Assembly (NCBI GenBank): GCA_044350705.1
Contig: JBILHA010000001.1
Span: 113,809-177,808 of the forward strand
Reading direction: 5' to 3'
DNA: 64,000 bases
Origin: Candidatus Kapaibacterium sp.
GTDB lineage: Bacteria; Patescibacteriota; Patescibacteriia; UBA9934
The notes beneath the pieces are model-generated. The model saw only the letters and a list, made by a program, of their open reading frames with translations, was not told where the DNA came from and made no database searches. How positions within the stretch are numbered: position 1 is the first letter of the stretch; each line of letters opens with the position of its first letter. Below are positions 55,111-64,000 of the stretch, in pieces. The translations under genes and the position numbers were made by a program.

Positions 55111-55206
55111 ATATCTTTATCTTACTTTTCTTTCGCAAAATGAAAAGCCCGGAGTATTGATCTTGACCTCTTTTTTTTGTGAGCATTTTTTTGTTACACT
55201 CGTGCT

Positions 55207-56211
55207 ATGCGTCTTCGTTATGTTCATGATGATATTCCGGGATTTACCCGCAAGAAAAAGTGGGGATCTTTTTCTTATTTTGATGAAGAGGGAAGAAAGA
55301 TCCGCGATAGAGAGATCGTGAAGCGCATTTCCTCTCTGGGCATCCCTCCTGCGTATACCGATGTATGGATTTGTCCATTTGCGCATGGGCATCTGCAAGC
55401 GACGGGACGAGATGCGCGTGGAAGAAAGCAATATGTGTATCACGCTGATTGGATGGCGCAACGAGATGAGACGAAATTTCATCGGATGCTTCTTTTTGCG
55501 CGAGCACTTTCTCCTCTGCGTCGTCGTGTAGCCAAAGATATGCGTCGTCGTGGTATGCCAAGAGAAAAGGTTATTGCGGCAATTGTTCGGCTTTTAGATA
55601 CCACCTATGTGCGTATTGGAAATGAGGAGTATGCAAAAGAGCATGGTTCATTTGGACTCACTACATTGCGAAATCGGCATGTAAAGGGCGCGGGAATGAC
55701 TATGAAATTGGTGTTTCGAGGGAAGCATGGCATCGTTCACGAGGTTCCTTTAGAAGACGATCGTCTGCGTGCAATTGTGCGCACGTGCCATGACATTCCT
55801 GGGCATGAATTATTTGCTTATCTTGATGAGGAGGGACGTGCCAAGGATGTGAAATCTGAAGATGTGAATGCGTATCTCCAGGAAATTTCCGGAGAAGAGA
55901 TTACCGCTAAAGATTTTCGCACCTGGCATGGAACGGTTTTGGCGGCTGCTTGCTTGTGGCAGCATGCTTTTTCTCTGAAAAAACATGAGCGACGGATGCG
56001 TATCAAGCAAGCGGTCACCCAAGCTTCCCAGGCGCTCGGGAATACTGCGGCAATTTGTAAAAAGTGTTACATTCACCCTTTGATATTTACGCTTTATGAG
56101 CACGGGACACTTCAGGAGCCGAAAGGTCTCGAAGCGACAAAAAAGCGATTTCCTTTTCTCATAAAACGAGAATTGCAAGTTGTGAAGGTGTTGGAAAAGG
56201 TTTCCTCTTAG
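55207..56211 (+). CDS. type IB DNA topoisomerase (poxvirus/bacterial TopIB)
   Basis: N-terminal YVHDDIPGFTRKK...GRKQYVYH and the C-terminal catalytic region with the RxxK...R...H...Y pattern (CKKCYIHP). Confidence 0.75.
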   Translation: MRLRYVHDDIPGFTRKKKWGSFSYFDEEGRKIRDREIVKRISSLGIPPAYTDVWICPFAHGHLQATGRDARGRKQYVYHADWMAQRDETKFHRMLLFARALSPLRRRVAKDMRRRGMPREKVIAAIVRLLDTTYVRIGNEEYAKEHGSFGLTTLRNRHVKGAGMTMKLVFRGKHGIVHEVPLEDDRLRAIVRTCHDIPGHELFAYLDEEGRAKDVKSEDVNAYLQEISGEEITAKDFRTWHGTVLAAACLWQHAFSLKKHERRMRIKQAVTQASQALGNTAAICKKCYIHPLIFTLYEHGTLQEPKGLEATKKRFPFLIKRELQVVKVLEKVSS

Positions 56212-56290
56212 CTTTTTTTTTACTTTTTCTCTTGCCAGCTTCGCTGCGTTCACTATAATCCCTTTAAGGCCTTATTCTTAGCGCATTCTT

Positions 56291-56854
56291 ATGGCAAACC
56301 AGCAAACAAATACACTTCTTACCATTCTCATTGTTGTTCTCTTGCTTTTAGGTTTTATGCTTTTTGCGAATTCCATGAGGGGAGATGGGGATGTCGTGAA
56401 TGAAGTACCTCAGAATGGTCAGCAACAGGACTGGGATAGTGAGGGGGGCGTAAATGATGAAGATAATGGTTCAGAAGGAGAGGATGACGAAGCAGATGGG
56501 GATCAGGCAGGTGAAGAGATTGCCGGACAAGGTATCGTGGTTACCTCTCCGACTTCAGGACGGTCCGTTTCTTCCCCTCTTATGATTACTGGTCGTGCGC
56601 AAGGGGGATGGTATTTTGAGGCAACCTTCCCAGTACAGCTTTTTTCTTCCACGGGTGCACTTATTGCATCGGGATATGCAACTGCGCAAGGTGATTGGAT
56701 GACTGAAGAATACGTTCCTTTCTCTGCGTCACTTTCCTTTGCCGCTCCAGAGAACGTTACGTCTGGTAAATTAGTGATTACGAATGCAAACCCTTCCGGA
56801 CTGCCTGAGCATGAGCGGCGTATTGAGGTTCCTGTAACTTTCGTTGCTGAGTAA
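56291..56854 (+). CDS. secreted/anchored protein with acidic low-complexity linker
   Basis: TM/signal, D/E/G-rich linker, C-terminal beta-rich domain. Confidence 0.5.
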   Translation: MANQQTNTLLTILIVVLLLLGFMLFANSMRGDGDVVNEVPQNGQQQDWDSEGGVNDEDNGSEGEDDEADGDQAGEEIAGQGIVVTSPTSGRSVSSPLMITGRAQGGWYFEATFPVQLFSSTGALIASGYATAQGDWMTEEYVPFSASLSFAAPENVTSGKLVITNANPSGLPEHERRIEVPVTFVAE

Positions 56855-56856
56855 AT

Positions 56857-56892
56857 AAAAAAATCGTCGAGAATATCTCGACGATTTTTTTA
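56857..56892 (+). terminator. rho-independent terminator
   Basis: ATCGTCGAG-AATAT-CTCGACGAT followed by TTTTTTT. Confidence 0.8.
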
Positions 56893-56912
56893 TCCCCAAG
56901 TTCTTTACATAT

Positions 56913-56930
56913 ATACCCCCCTGGGGGTAT
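56913..56930. promoter_or_regulatory. predicted CsoR operator (ATACCCCC-CT-GGGGGTAT)
   Basis: 8-bp perfect inverted arms, 12 nt upstream of the chromosomal csoR start. Confidence 0.6.
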
Positions 56931-56941
56931 TATGTTTTTGT

Positions 56942-57208
56942 ATGAAGATAGAAAATAAAAAAAACATCCTTCGGCGACTCAAAATTATGGAGGGGCAGTT
57001 GCGAGGTTTGCAAGACATGATTGAGCAGGATGTCTACTGTATTGATGTGATTACACAGACTTCTGCAGTGAAACAGGGGCTTTCAAATATTGAAGATATG
57101 TTATTAGAGGGTCACTTGGGGCACTGTGCGATTAATCAGATTAAGAACGGAAAGGAAGAAAAAGCGGTGGAGGAGATTTTGAAGGTATACAAGCTGAAGA
57201 GAAAGTAA
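56942..57208 (+). CDS. csoR: CsoR-family copper-sensing repressor
   Basis: 88 aa with the conserved C/H/C ligand set. About 80% identical to the island copy. Confidence 0.85.
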   Translation: MKIENKKNILRRLKIMEGQLRGLQDMIEQDVYCIDVITQTSAVKQGLSNIEDMLLEGHLGHCAINQIKNGKEEKAVEEILKVYKLKRK

Positions 57209-57217
57209 TTTTTTTCT

Positions 57218-59491
57218 ATGAAAACCATTCGCGCGCATGTTGCAGGCATGCATTGTGCCTCCTGTGTGGGTCGTATTGAAAAGACGCTTGGAAAACAACC
57301 TGGAGTAGAGCGAGTATCGGTTAATTTAGCAACTGAAGAGGCTCGTTTGGAAATTGATGACGCGCAAACTGACGTTCATCGCTTGTCGCAAGCGCTTGAG
57401 TCGATGGGATATCAACTTCATGTAAAAGAACACGCTTCCCATGGGGAGTTTCAGGAAGAAGGCGGACGTCATGATCATGCTCGGACTTCCGCTGCTGAAG
57501 TGGAGGCTTTGCGAAAGAAGGTATTCATTTCTCTTCCGCTGGTGGTGTTTGCTGCGGGGATGATGTTATGGGAGGTGCTTTCTGAAAATGTTGGTCTTCT
57601 TCCTGAGATGCCCCGTGTTATTGATGTTTTCCTTCATCACCTTCTTCCTTTATTTGCTACGTATATTCTTTTTGTTACCGGGACCTCTTATTTGCAAGGG
57701 CTTTGGAGATTTATTCGTCGCGGGGTCGCAGATATGGATACGCTTGTTGGATTGGGAACGGTTGCTGCGTATGTATATAGCTTCATACTTTCTGCATTTG
57801 AAGAGGTGCTCGCGCCTTATGTTGACGTTACGGCAACGTACTACGATGTGACCATTGTGGTTATCGGACTTATTACGCTTGGAAAATATTTGGAAGTTCG
57901 TGCAAAACAAAAAACAGGAGCAGCGATTAAAAAACTTCTTGGCTTGCAGGTAAAGACTGCGGTCGTGGTTCGGGGAGGAAAAGAAGAAACCTTGCCAATT
58001 GACCAGGTGCAAAAGGGAGATGTGGTTCTGGTAAAACCTGGCATGAAGGTGCCGGTTGATGGGGAGATTACCGAAGGATCGTCTTTTGTGGATGAATCCA
58101 TGCTTACGGGTGAGCCAGTTCCTGTAGAAAAGAAGATAGGTGCGAAGGTTTCTGCAGGAACGATGAATACGATGGGTTCGTTTTATCTTCGTGCGACGGG
58201 GGTAGGATCTGAAACTTTGCTTTCTCATATTATTCAGCTCGTTCAAGATGCGCAGGGTTCAAAAGCGCCTATTCAGCGCCTTGCGGATAAGATTTCGAGC
58301 ATTTTTGTTCCGATTGTTCTGGTGGTTGCGGTGATTGCTCTCATCGTTTGGCTTGTGGTAGGTGGACAATACCTACCCCTTTCTCAAACGCTTTCTTATG
58401 GTCTCGTTGCGTTTGTCAGCGTGCTTGTTATTGCATGTCCTTGTGCGCTTGGGCTTGCGACTCCTACGGCAATTATGGTGGGCGTTGGTCGCGGAGCATC
58501 GCAAGGTATTCTCATTAAGAATGCTGAGGTATTAGAAAAACTTCATAAAGTTACCACGGTTGTGGTTGATAAAACGGGAACACTTACTGAAGGAAAGCCA
58601 AAGGTTCTCGCACTCTCCACGTTAGGATCTCTTTCTGAAAAAGAAGCGCTCACGCTTCTTGCAAGTTTAGAGACTCACTCTGAGCATCCGCTTGCAGAGG
58701 CTCTTCTTTCGTACGCAGATGCAAAGGGAATAAAAAAGCAGAAGGTTTCCGGATACGAGGCTCTTCCAGGAAAAGGGCTTCAGGGAATTATTGAGGGGAA
58801 GACGTACTTTGTCGGAGGTCCAGCACTTCTTTCCTCACTTCATCTTTCTCACCCTGGGGATGTGGAAATGCCTGCAGGTGCAACGCTTATTTCTCTAGCT
58901 ACCGAAGAAGAGGTTCTCCTTACCGTCGCTCTTGGGGATCAGGTGAAGTCCGGAGCAAAAGCAGCGGTGCAACAGCTACGTGATCGTGGTATTCAGGTAG
59001 TCATGGCAACGGGAGATAACGCTGAGGCGGCGCGTATTGTCGCGCGAGAGTTGGGTATCGAACAGGTTCTTGCAGGGGTGCTTCCGCAGGATAAGCTCCA
59101 GAAAATTAAAGAATTACAAAAGAGAGGCGAAGTTGTTGCCATGGCGGGAGATGGTGTGAATGATGCCCCCGCACTTGCGCAAGCAGATGTGGGGATAGCG
59201 ATGGCGACAGGGTCTGATGTTTCTATTGAGACGAGTGATGTGACGCTTCTTCAGGGGGATATTGGCAAGATTGCTCAAGCTATTCAGCTTTCACAAGGTA
59301 CGCTTCGCGCTATAAAGCAGAATCTCTTCTGGGCATTTATCTACAACGTTGTAGGTATTCCGCTCGCTTCCGGAATATTCTTCCCGATTTTTGGCTGGCT
59401 ATTGTCCCCGGTATTTGCAGGATTCGCTATGGCGATGTCGAGTGTATCGGTCGTACTTAATTCACTTCGTTTACGTTTAAAAAAGCTCTAG
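57218..59491 (+). CDS. copA: copper-translocating P1B-type ATPase (chromosomal copy)
   Basis: [27 protein letters not shown]. Confidence 0.9.
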   Translation: MKTIRAHVAGMHCASCVGRIEKTLGKQPGVERVSVNLATEEARLEIDDAQTDVHRLSQALESMGYQLHVKEHASHGEFQEEGGRHDHARTSAAEVEALRKKVFISLPLVVFAAGMMLWEVLSENVGLLPEMPRVIDVFLHHLLPLFATYILFVTGTSYLQGLWRFIRRGVADMDTLVGLGTVAAYVYSFILSAFEEVLAPYVDVTATYYDVTIVVIGLITLGKYLEVRAKQKTGAAIKKLLGLQVKTAVVVRGGKEETLPIDQVQKGDVVLVKPGMKVPVDGEITEGSSFVDESMLTGEPVPVEKKIGAKVSAGTMNTMGSFYLRATGVGSETLLSHIIQLVQDAQGSKAPIQRLADKISSIFVPIVLVVAVIALIVWLVVGGQYLPLSQTLSYGLVAFVSVLVIACPCALGLATPTAIMVGVGRGASQGILIKNAEVLEKLHKVTTVVVDKTGTLTEGKPKVLALSTLGSLSEKEALTLLASLETHSEHPLAEALLSYADAKGIKKQKVSGYEALPGKGLQGIIEGKTYFVGGPALLSSLHLSHPGDVEMPAGATLISLATEEEVLLTVALGDQVKSGAKAAVQQLRDRGIQVVMATGDNAEAARIVARELGIEQVLAGVLPQDKLQKIKELQKRGEVVAMAGDGVNDAPALAQADVGIAMATGSDVSIETSDVTLLQGDIGKIAQAIQLSQGTLRAIKQNLFWAFIYNVVGIPLASGIFFPIFGWLLSPVFAGFAMAMSSVSVVLNSLRLRLKKL

Positions 59492-59492
59492 T

Positions 59493-60509
59493 ATGTCAGA
59501 ACAAAAAGAGTATGTTTTTCATGTCGAAGGCATGCATTGTGATTCTTGTGTCTTCTTTATTGAAGAGGCACTTTCTGAAAAAGAGGGAGTAGCCCGTGTA
59601 AAGGTGGATTTGAAAACATGCACTGCGAGAGTAGTTGGAGATTTTGCGGGTACTCCGGAAGAAATTGCGCAGAAGCTCACGCCATACATTGCAGAGAATG
59701 GGTATGTGTTGAGGGAAGAAGAGGGGAAGAAGGGAATGATGGGATCAAGGGGGTGGAAGGATTTTTCCATTGCTATTCCTGCAGCGCTTGGTTTTATCGG
59801 ACTTTTTCTTCTTCTTCAAGAAATCGATCTCGTGAATATTGTTGGTTCTGGTGCGATGACGTATGGTACCGCGCTTCTTTTGGGAGGCGTTGCATCACTT
59901 TCTACCTGTTTGGCAGTGGTAGGAGGGCTGGTGTTGTCTTTTTCTGCGAATGCCGCAAAGGAACAGCGTACCTGGCGCTCTCCTGCGCTTTTTCACGTGG
60001 GTCGTTTACTCGGATTCTTTATCTTGGGAGGAGTGATCGGAGTAGTGGGGAATTTCTTTCAGCTGGGAATAGGGGGGACTGCGGTGCTAGGAATACTCGT
60101 TGCGTTGGTTATGTTCGTACTTGGTGTAAACCTCCTTGAGATTTTTCCTGGTATCAGTCGTTTTCTTCCGAAGATGCCTCGTTTCCTTTCTCGACATGCG
60201 ACTCGTGCGGGTGCGTCTTCGCATCTCTTGGCACCTTTTTTGGGAGGGGTCGCAACGTTTTTTCTTCCGTGCGGCTTTACGCAGTCCATGCAGGTGTATA
60301 CCCTGACAACCGGAAGTTTTCTTTCGGGCGGATTGACGATGTTTTTCTTCGCTCTTGGCACGCTTCCTGTTCTTGCTGCGCTTTCATTTGGCGCGTTTGA
60401 GATCGCGCATAAGCCTTGGAAGGGAGTCTTCTTTAAAACTGCGGGCATTGTGGTTATTATTCTTGCAGCGTTTAATTTCTGGAACGCGCTTAACCTCTTG
60501 GGCTTTTAA
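59493..60509 (+). CDS. HMA domain fused to TauE/SafE- or CcdA-like membrane domain
   Basis: GMHCDSCV HMA motif followed by about 8 TM helices. Paralogue of 26413..27417. Confidence 0.65.
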   Translation: MSEQKEYVFHVEGMHCDSCVFFIEEALSEKEGVARVKVDLKTCTARVVGDFAGTPEEIAQKLTPYIAENGYVLREEEGKKGMMGSRGWKDFSIAIPAALGFIGLFLLLQEIDLVNIVGSGAMTYGTALLLGGVASLSTCLAVVGGLVLSFSANAAKEQRTWRSPALFHVGRLLGFFILGGVIGVVGNFFQLGIGGTAVLGILVALVMFVLGVNLLEIFPGISRFLPKMPRFLSRHATRAGASSHLLAPFLGGVATFFLPCGFTQSMQVYTLTTGSFLSGGLTMFFFALGTLPVLAALSFGAFEIAHKPWKGVFFKTAGIVVIILAAFNFWNALNLLGF

Positions 60510-60913
60510 TGGGTATGCAAAAAGATACAAAAATTGCTTTAGGTTTTTGCGGATTTTTTCTTGGCCTTCTTGTACTCTCTGCCGTTGTGAATTCAGGAAG
60601 ACAGGAAGCTCTTGCGGTTCCAGGGGAAGGAGTTACGGTCGTCGATGGCGTTCAGCGTATTGAAATTCTTGCAAGAGGCGGATATAGCCCCGAGCGTGTG
60701 GTTGCAACGGCGGGGATGCCCACGGAAATTCTCTTGGTTACCGATGGTACATATGATTGTTCATCGAGTGTCGTTATTCCTTCCCTGAAGTTTAGAAAGT
60801 TTCTTCAACCTTCAGGTACTGAAATTGTTTCGCTTTCCGCTGAACAGGCAACGGGTACGCTCAAGGGTGGCTGTAGTATGGGAATGTACAATTTTCAGAT
60901 TGCCTTTGAATAA
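60509..60913 (+). CDS. cupredoxin-like copper-binding protein
   Basis: TM anchor, C-terminal GGCSMGMYNF. Paralogue of 25998..26399. Confidence 0.6.
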   Translation: MGMQKDTKIALGFCGFFLGLLVLSAVVNSGRQEALAVPGEGVTVVDGVQRIEILARGGYSPERVVATAGMPTEILLVTDGTYDCSSSVVIPSLKFRKFLQPSGTEIVSLSAEQATGTLKGGCSMGMYNFQIAFE

Positions 60914-60941
60914 AAAAACGAGCCCATAAGGCTCGTTTTTT
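60912..60941 (+). terminator. rho-independent terminator
   Basis: ACGAGCC-CATAA-GGCTCGT followed by TTTTT. Confidence 0.8.
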
Positions 60942-60993
60942 AGTGAACAAAGGAAGTGGTGTTTTTGCTCCATAAGGTATAATTCTCAAGAAT

Positions 60994-61971
60994 ATGGCTG
61001 AGACTTCTCTGCGCCTTAATTTGGAAGCAATTTCAAAAATCATGCACCATGATTTTATTCGTGTAGAGAAGCAGGATACCTTTGCGGTTGTCGGAAAAGA
61101 GTACCGTGCCTATGAGAAAGAGACCGGAAGAGCACCTGCAGTTTTGATTTTTAAAGAAAATAAACTTGTTGGCGCTCTTCCTAACTCCGCACTTATTCTT
61201 CGGCGTTCTTCAGAGAAGATATCTCGACATATTCATCCTATTGCGACGATCAGCGTCACTGCTCATCGTCGAGCTGTTTTGCGTACCTTTCGTGAGCATC
61301 CCCATGACAAAGTAGCGGTTGTGGATGAGTTTGGAGAAGTGGTGGGAATTATTTACTCCGATGATGTTCTGCACCTTTTACAGGAGCATAATGCTTCCGC
61401 TCTTTTTGATTTTGCCGGCGTACAGGATGAGGAGAAAGTTGATGATCCTATTTTTACTAAAGTTGGTCATAGATATAAATGGCTTGTCATCAACCTCGGT
61501 ACCGCTTTTCTTGCAGCATTTGTCGTAAGTCAATTTGAAGAGACCATTGCACGGCATGTGCTTTTGGCGGTATATATGCCTATTGTTGCAGGAATGGGCG
61601 GCAATGCGGCCACGCAAACGCTTGCCGTACTTGTGCGGGGTATTGCATTGCATGAAATTGACCTTAAGACGTATTCAAAGGCTCTTTGGCGTGAATTAGG
61701 GTCCGGTTTAGTAAACGGATTTTTGAATGGTATTTTTGTTGCCGGTATCGTTTTTTTCCTTCATGGAGATCTTCTTCTCGCTCTGGTTCTTTCCTGCGCT
61801 ATGATGATTAATCTTGCGGTTGCGGCATTTTTTGGCACGTTGGTTCCGTTAGTAATGCAACGTCTTGGAAAAGATCCTGCTGCTTCTGCGACGATTTTTA
61901 TCACGACGGCAACGGATGTGCTTGGATTTTTGGCTTTTCTTGGACTTGCCACGTGGTTACTATCTTCATAG
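60994..61971 (+). CDS. mgtE: magnesium transporter MgtE (short form: CBS pair + TM domain)
   Basis: CBS region then the MgtE TM domain (PIVAGMGGNAATQT...). Confidence 0.8.
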   Translation: MAETSLRLNLEAISKIMHHDFIRVEKQDTFAVVGKEYRAYEKETGRAPAVLIFKENKLVGALPNSALILRRSSEKISRHIHPIATISVTAHRRAVLRTFREHPHDKVAVVDEFGEVVGIIYSDDVLHLLQEHNASALFDFAGVQDEEKVDDPIFTKVGHRYKWLVINLGTAFLAAFVVSQFEETIARHVLLAVYMPIVAGMGGNAATQTLAVLVRGIALHEIDLKTYSKALWRELGSGLVNGFLNGIFVAGIVFFLHGDLLLALVLSCAMMINLAVAAFFGTLVPLVMQRLGKDPAASATIFITTATDVLGFLAFLGLATWLLSS

Positions 61972-62056
61972 GAGCTGTGCACGTTTTTATTGAGCAGGAG
62001 GTTTCTTCTTGCTAAGGTGCGAGAGGCTCGTATTTTAGTTTCTCAATCACCATTTT

Positions 62057-63694
62057 ATGCATGCAGCCGAATTGTTTGTGCGTTCACTCGAGGCAGAGGG
62101 AGTGAAATATGTCTTCGGAGTTCCTGGAGAAGAAAATTTGCATGTTTTAGAAGCGCTTCGATCATCATCGATTACGTTCATTTCTACTCGTCACGAACAG
62201 TCGGCGGGATTTATGGCTGCAACGATTGGACGTTTAACGGGAAAGGCCGGAGTTGCACTTTCAACTCTAGGTCCTGGTGCCACGAATTTTGTGACTTCAG
62301 CGGCGTATGCGCAGCTTGCGGGTATTCCCATGCTCATGATTACGGGACAGAAGCCAATCCGACGCAGTAAACAAGGGGCATTCCAGATGTTAAATACCGT
62401 AGAAATCATGCGGCCTGTTACAAAGTTTGCAAAGCAAATCGTCAATGGAGAATCGGTGGCTGCGTCGGTACGTGAGGCATTTCGACAAGCCGAAGAAGAG
62501 CGTCCAGGTGCGGTGCATTTAGAGCTTCCTGAAGATGTCGCAACGGATGTCGTAGATGATGAGCCTTTTGAAGTGCACCGTGTACGCCGTCCGGTTGCTG
62601 AAGAAAAAGCTCTTGCTGCTGCGGTGCGAATGATCCAAGAAGCAAGGCGACCCCTTTTGCTTATTGGTGCAGGCGCAAATCGAAAGCTTACCGCAAAAAT
62701 GCTTCGCGCGTTTGTTGATAAAACAGGCATTCCTTTTTTTAATACCCAAATGGGAAAGGGGGTTATTGATGAACGTCACCCTTCGTTTATTGGTACTGCA
62801 GCACTCTCGGCGAGTGATTATGTGCACTGTGCAGTGGAAGTTGCGGATCTCATTATCAACGTTGGACATGATGTTGTTGAAAAGCCGCCGTTCATTATGA
62901 AACGCGGCGGGCAAAAAGTGATTCATATCAATTTTTACTCGGCAAAGGTAGATCAGATTTATTTTCCTCAGCTTGAAGTGGTAGGAGATATTGCGAATGC
63001 CCTTTGGCAAATGACCGAGCGACTTCAGCAGCAGTCAAACTGGGATCTTGTGCCGTTTATGAAGGTACGTGACCGCATGCGGCAGTCTTTTGAAGAAGCC
63101 AAAGGTGATGCTTCTTTTCCGGTGAAGCCTCAATGTGTTGTTGCGGCTGTACGTGCTTCGCTGCCGTCAGATGGTATGGTGTGTTTGGATAATGGGATGT
63201 ATAAGTTGTGGTTTGCGCGTCAGTATGATGTGCATGAGCCAAACACCCTTCTTCTTGATAATGCGCTTGCAACGATGGGCGCAGGACTTCCTTCGGCAAT
63301 TGCTGCCGCACTTCTTTATCCCGAGAAGAAGATCCTTGCGGTATGTGGAGATGGGGGATTTATGATGAATTCTCAGGAAATGGAAACGGCGATTCGATTG
63401 AACCTGAATATCACGGTTCTTCTGTTGAATGACAACGGATACGGCATGATTAAATGGAAGCAGGAGGGTATGGAGCTTCCTTCGTTTGGGCTTGATTTTG
63501 GGAATCCTGATTTTGTGAAATATGCGGAAGCGTATGGGGCTACGGGAAGGCGCATTGAACGGACGGAGGATTTAGAAAAAATAATTCAAGAATCGCTTGA
63601 AACGCCCGGCGTGCATCTTGTTGAGGTGCCTGTTGACTATCGGGAAAATGATCGCGTTTTCAATAAGGAACTCAAGAATATTATTTGTCCTTAA
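62057..63694 (+). CDS. thiamine-diphosphate enzyme, acetolactate-synthase-like
   Basis: ThDP-binding GDG...NN motif (CGDGGFMMNSQEMETAIRLNLNITVLLLNDNGYG) with N-terminal Pyr and central domains. Confidence 0.75.
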   Translation: MHAAELFVRSLEAEGVKYVFGVPGEENLHVLEALRSSSITFISTRHEQSAGFMAATIGRLTGKAGVALSTLGPGATNFVTSAAYAQLAGIPMLMITGQKPIRRSKQGAFQMLNTVEIMRPVTKFAKQIVNGESVAASVREAFRQAEEERPGAVHLELPEDVATDVVDDEPFEVHRVRRPVAEEKALAAAVRMIQEARRPLLLIGAGANRKLTAKMLRAFVDKTGIPFFNTQMGKGVIDERHPSFIGTAALSASDYVHCAVEVADLIINVGHDVVEKPPFIMKRGGQKVIHINFYSAKVDQIYFPQLEVVGDIANALWQMTERLQQQSNWDLVPFMKVRDRMRQSFEEAKGDASFPVKPQCVVAAVRASLPSDGMVCLDNGMYKLWFARQYDVHEPNTLLLDNALATMGAGLPSAIAAALLYPEKKILAVCGDGGFMMNSQEMETAIRLNLNITVLLLNDNGYGMIKWKQEGMELPSFGLDFGNPDFVKYAEAYGATGRRIERTEDLEKIIQESLETPGVHLVEVPVDYRENDRVFNKELKNIICP

Positions 63695-63697
63695 CCT

Positions 63698-64000
63698 ATG
63701 GCATTACGTGCAATTAATCCTGCCACAGAAGAGTTGCTCTTGGAGGTGCCTGAGCTTCTTGATGAACAGTTGGCGGAGAAACTGGGTCTTGCTGAGCGGA
63801 TGTTTGCTGTCTGGCGAGAAACATCGTTTGAAGAACGTGCAAAGCTTTTTAAGAATCTCGGAGAGCTTTTTAGAAAGAAAGGAAAAGCACTTGGGAAGCT
63901 TGCAAGTCTGGAGATGGGCAAGCCTTTTGCGCAAGCCATTGCTGAGGTAGAGAAGTGTGCGACGGTATGTGATTATTACGCAGAAAACGCAAAAGAGTTT
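63698..64000 (+). CDS. NAD(P)-dependent aldehyde dehydrogenase, 3'-truncated at window edge
   Basis: ALRAINPATEELL...EMGKPFAQAIAEVEKCA, a typical ALDH (SSADH-like) N-terminus. Confidence 0.7.
   Translation, partial: MALRAINPATEELLLEVPELLDEQLAEKLGLAERMFAVWRETSFEERAKLFKNLGELFRKKGKALGKLASLEMGKPFAQAIAEVEKCATVCDYYAENAKEF

Noticed and set aside
60914-60993. Mg2+ (M-box/ykoK) riboswitch upstream of mgtE.
   Set aside because: Only about 80 nt of intergenic sequence, mostly taken up by a terminator and a TATAAT box. That is too short for an M-box aptamer (about 160 nt).
1-64000. CRISPR arrays, cas genes, IS transposases, rRNA genes.
   Set aside because: No regularly spaced direct repeats, no DDE/HUH transposase motifs, and no rRNA-like sequence were seen on either strand.

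Overview
The window is a ~50% GC bacterial chromosome segment with many short or poorly characterised proteins; no lineage can be assigned from sequence alone. The left flank (1-25.7 kb) is a housekeeping backbone, the middle (~25.8-44.5 kb) is an integrative element inserted into a tRNA-Thr(GGU) gene, and the right flank (44.5-64 kb) holds a tRNA cluster, a metal-stress module and more housekeeping genes.

Left flank genes: xseA/xseB, an archaeal-type UMP-kinase-like protein, the rplJ-rplL operon with its leader and attenuator, an envelope glycosyltransferase cluster, mreB, frr, glyQS, tpiA, rpmG, an M16 peptidase, and two paralogous secreted proteins with a 408-bp identical tail.

The main discovery is the ~18.7-kb integrative element. 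Its target, a chromosomal tRNA-Thr(GGU) gene, was cut in the anticodon loop, and the two halves now lie 18.7 kb apart at 44521..44561 and 25786..25832, joined by a 12-bp direct repeat (TCCTTACCATGG on the + strand). The element carries its own replacement tRNA-Thr(GGU) (44130..44406), which is interrupted after the anticodon by a ~201-nt group-I-like intron. Three tyrosine recombinases sit inside it. Its cargo is a second cop operon (cupredoxin, HMA-membrane protein, CopA, CsoR with a perfect palindromic operator), two CDF transporters, an ArsR regulator, a disulfide-bond module (two DsbA-like proteins, DsbB, a SurA-like chaperone, a PAP2 phosphatase, an M14 peptidase) and three proteins of unknown function next to the integrase.

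Right of the island are tRNA-Tyr and tRNA-Thr(UGU), a Fur/ZraP-like/HK/RR metal-stress module, xth, glycosyltransferases, a bacterial topoisomerase IB, the chromosomal csoR-copA-HMA-cupredoxin operon, mgtE, an ALS-like TPP enzyme and a partial aldehyde dehydrogenase. Several genes missed by the >=60-aa ORF track are called (rpmG, a KGG stress protein). Many starts in the ORF track are TTG/GTG and were moved to downstream ATGs where homology suggested it.
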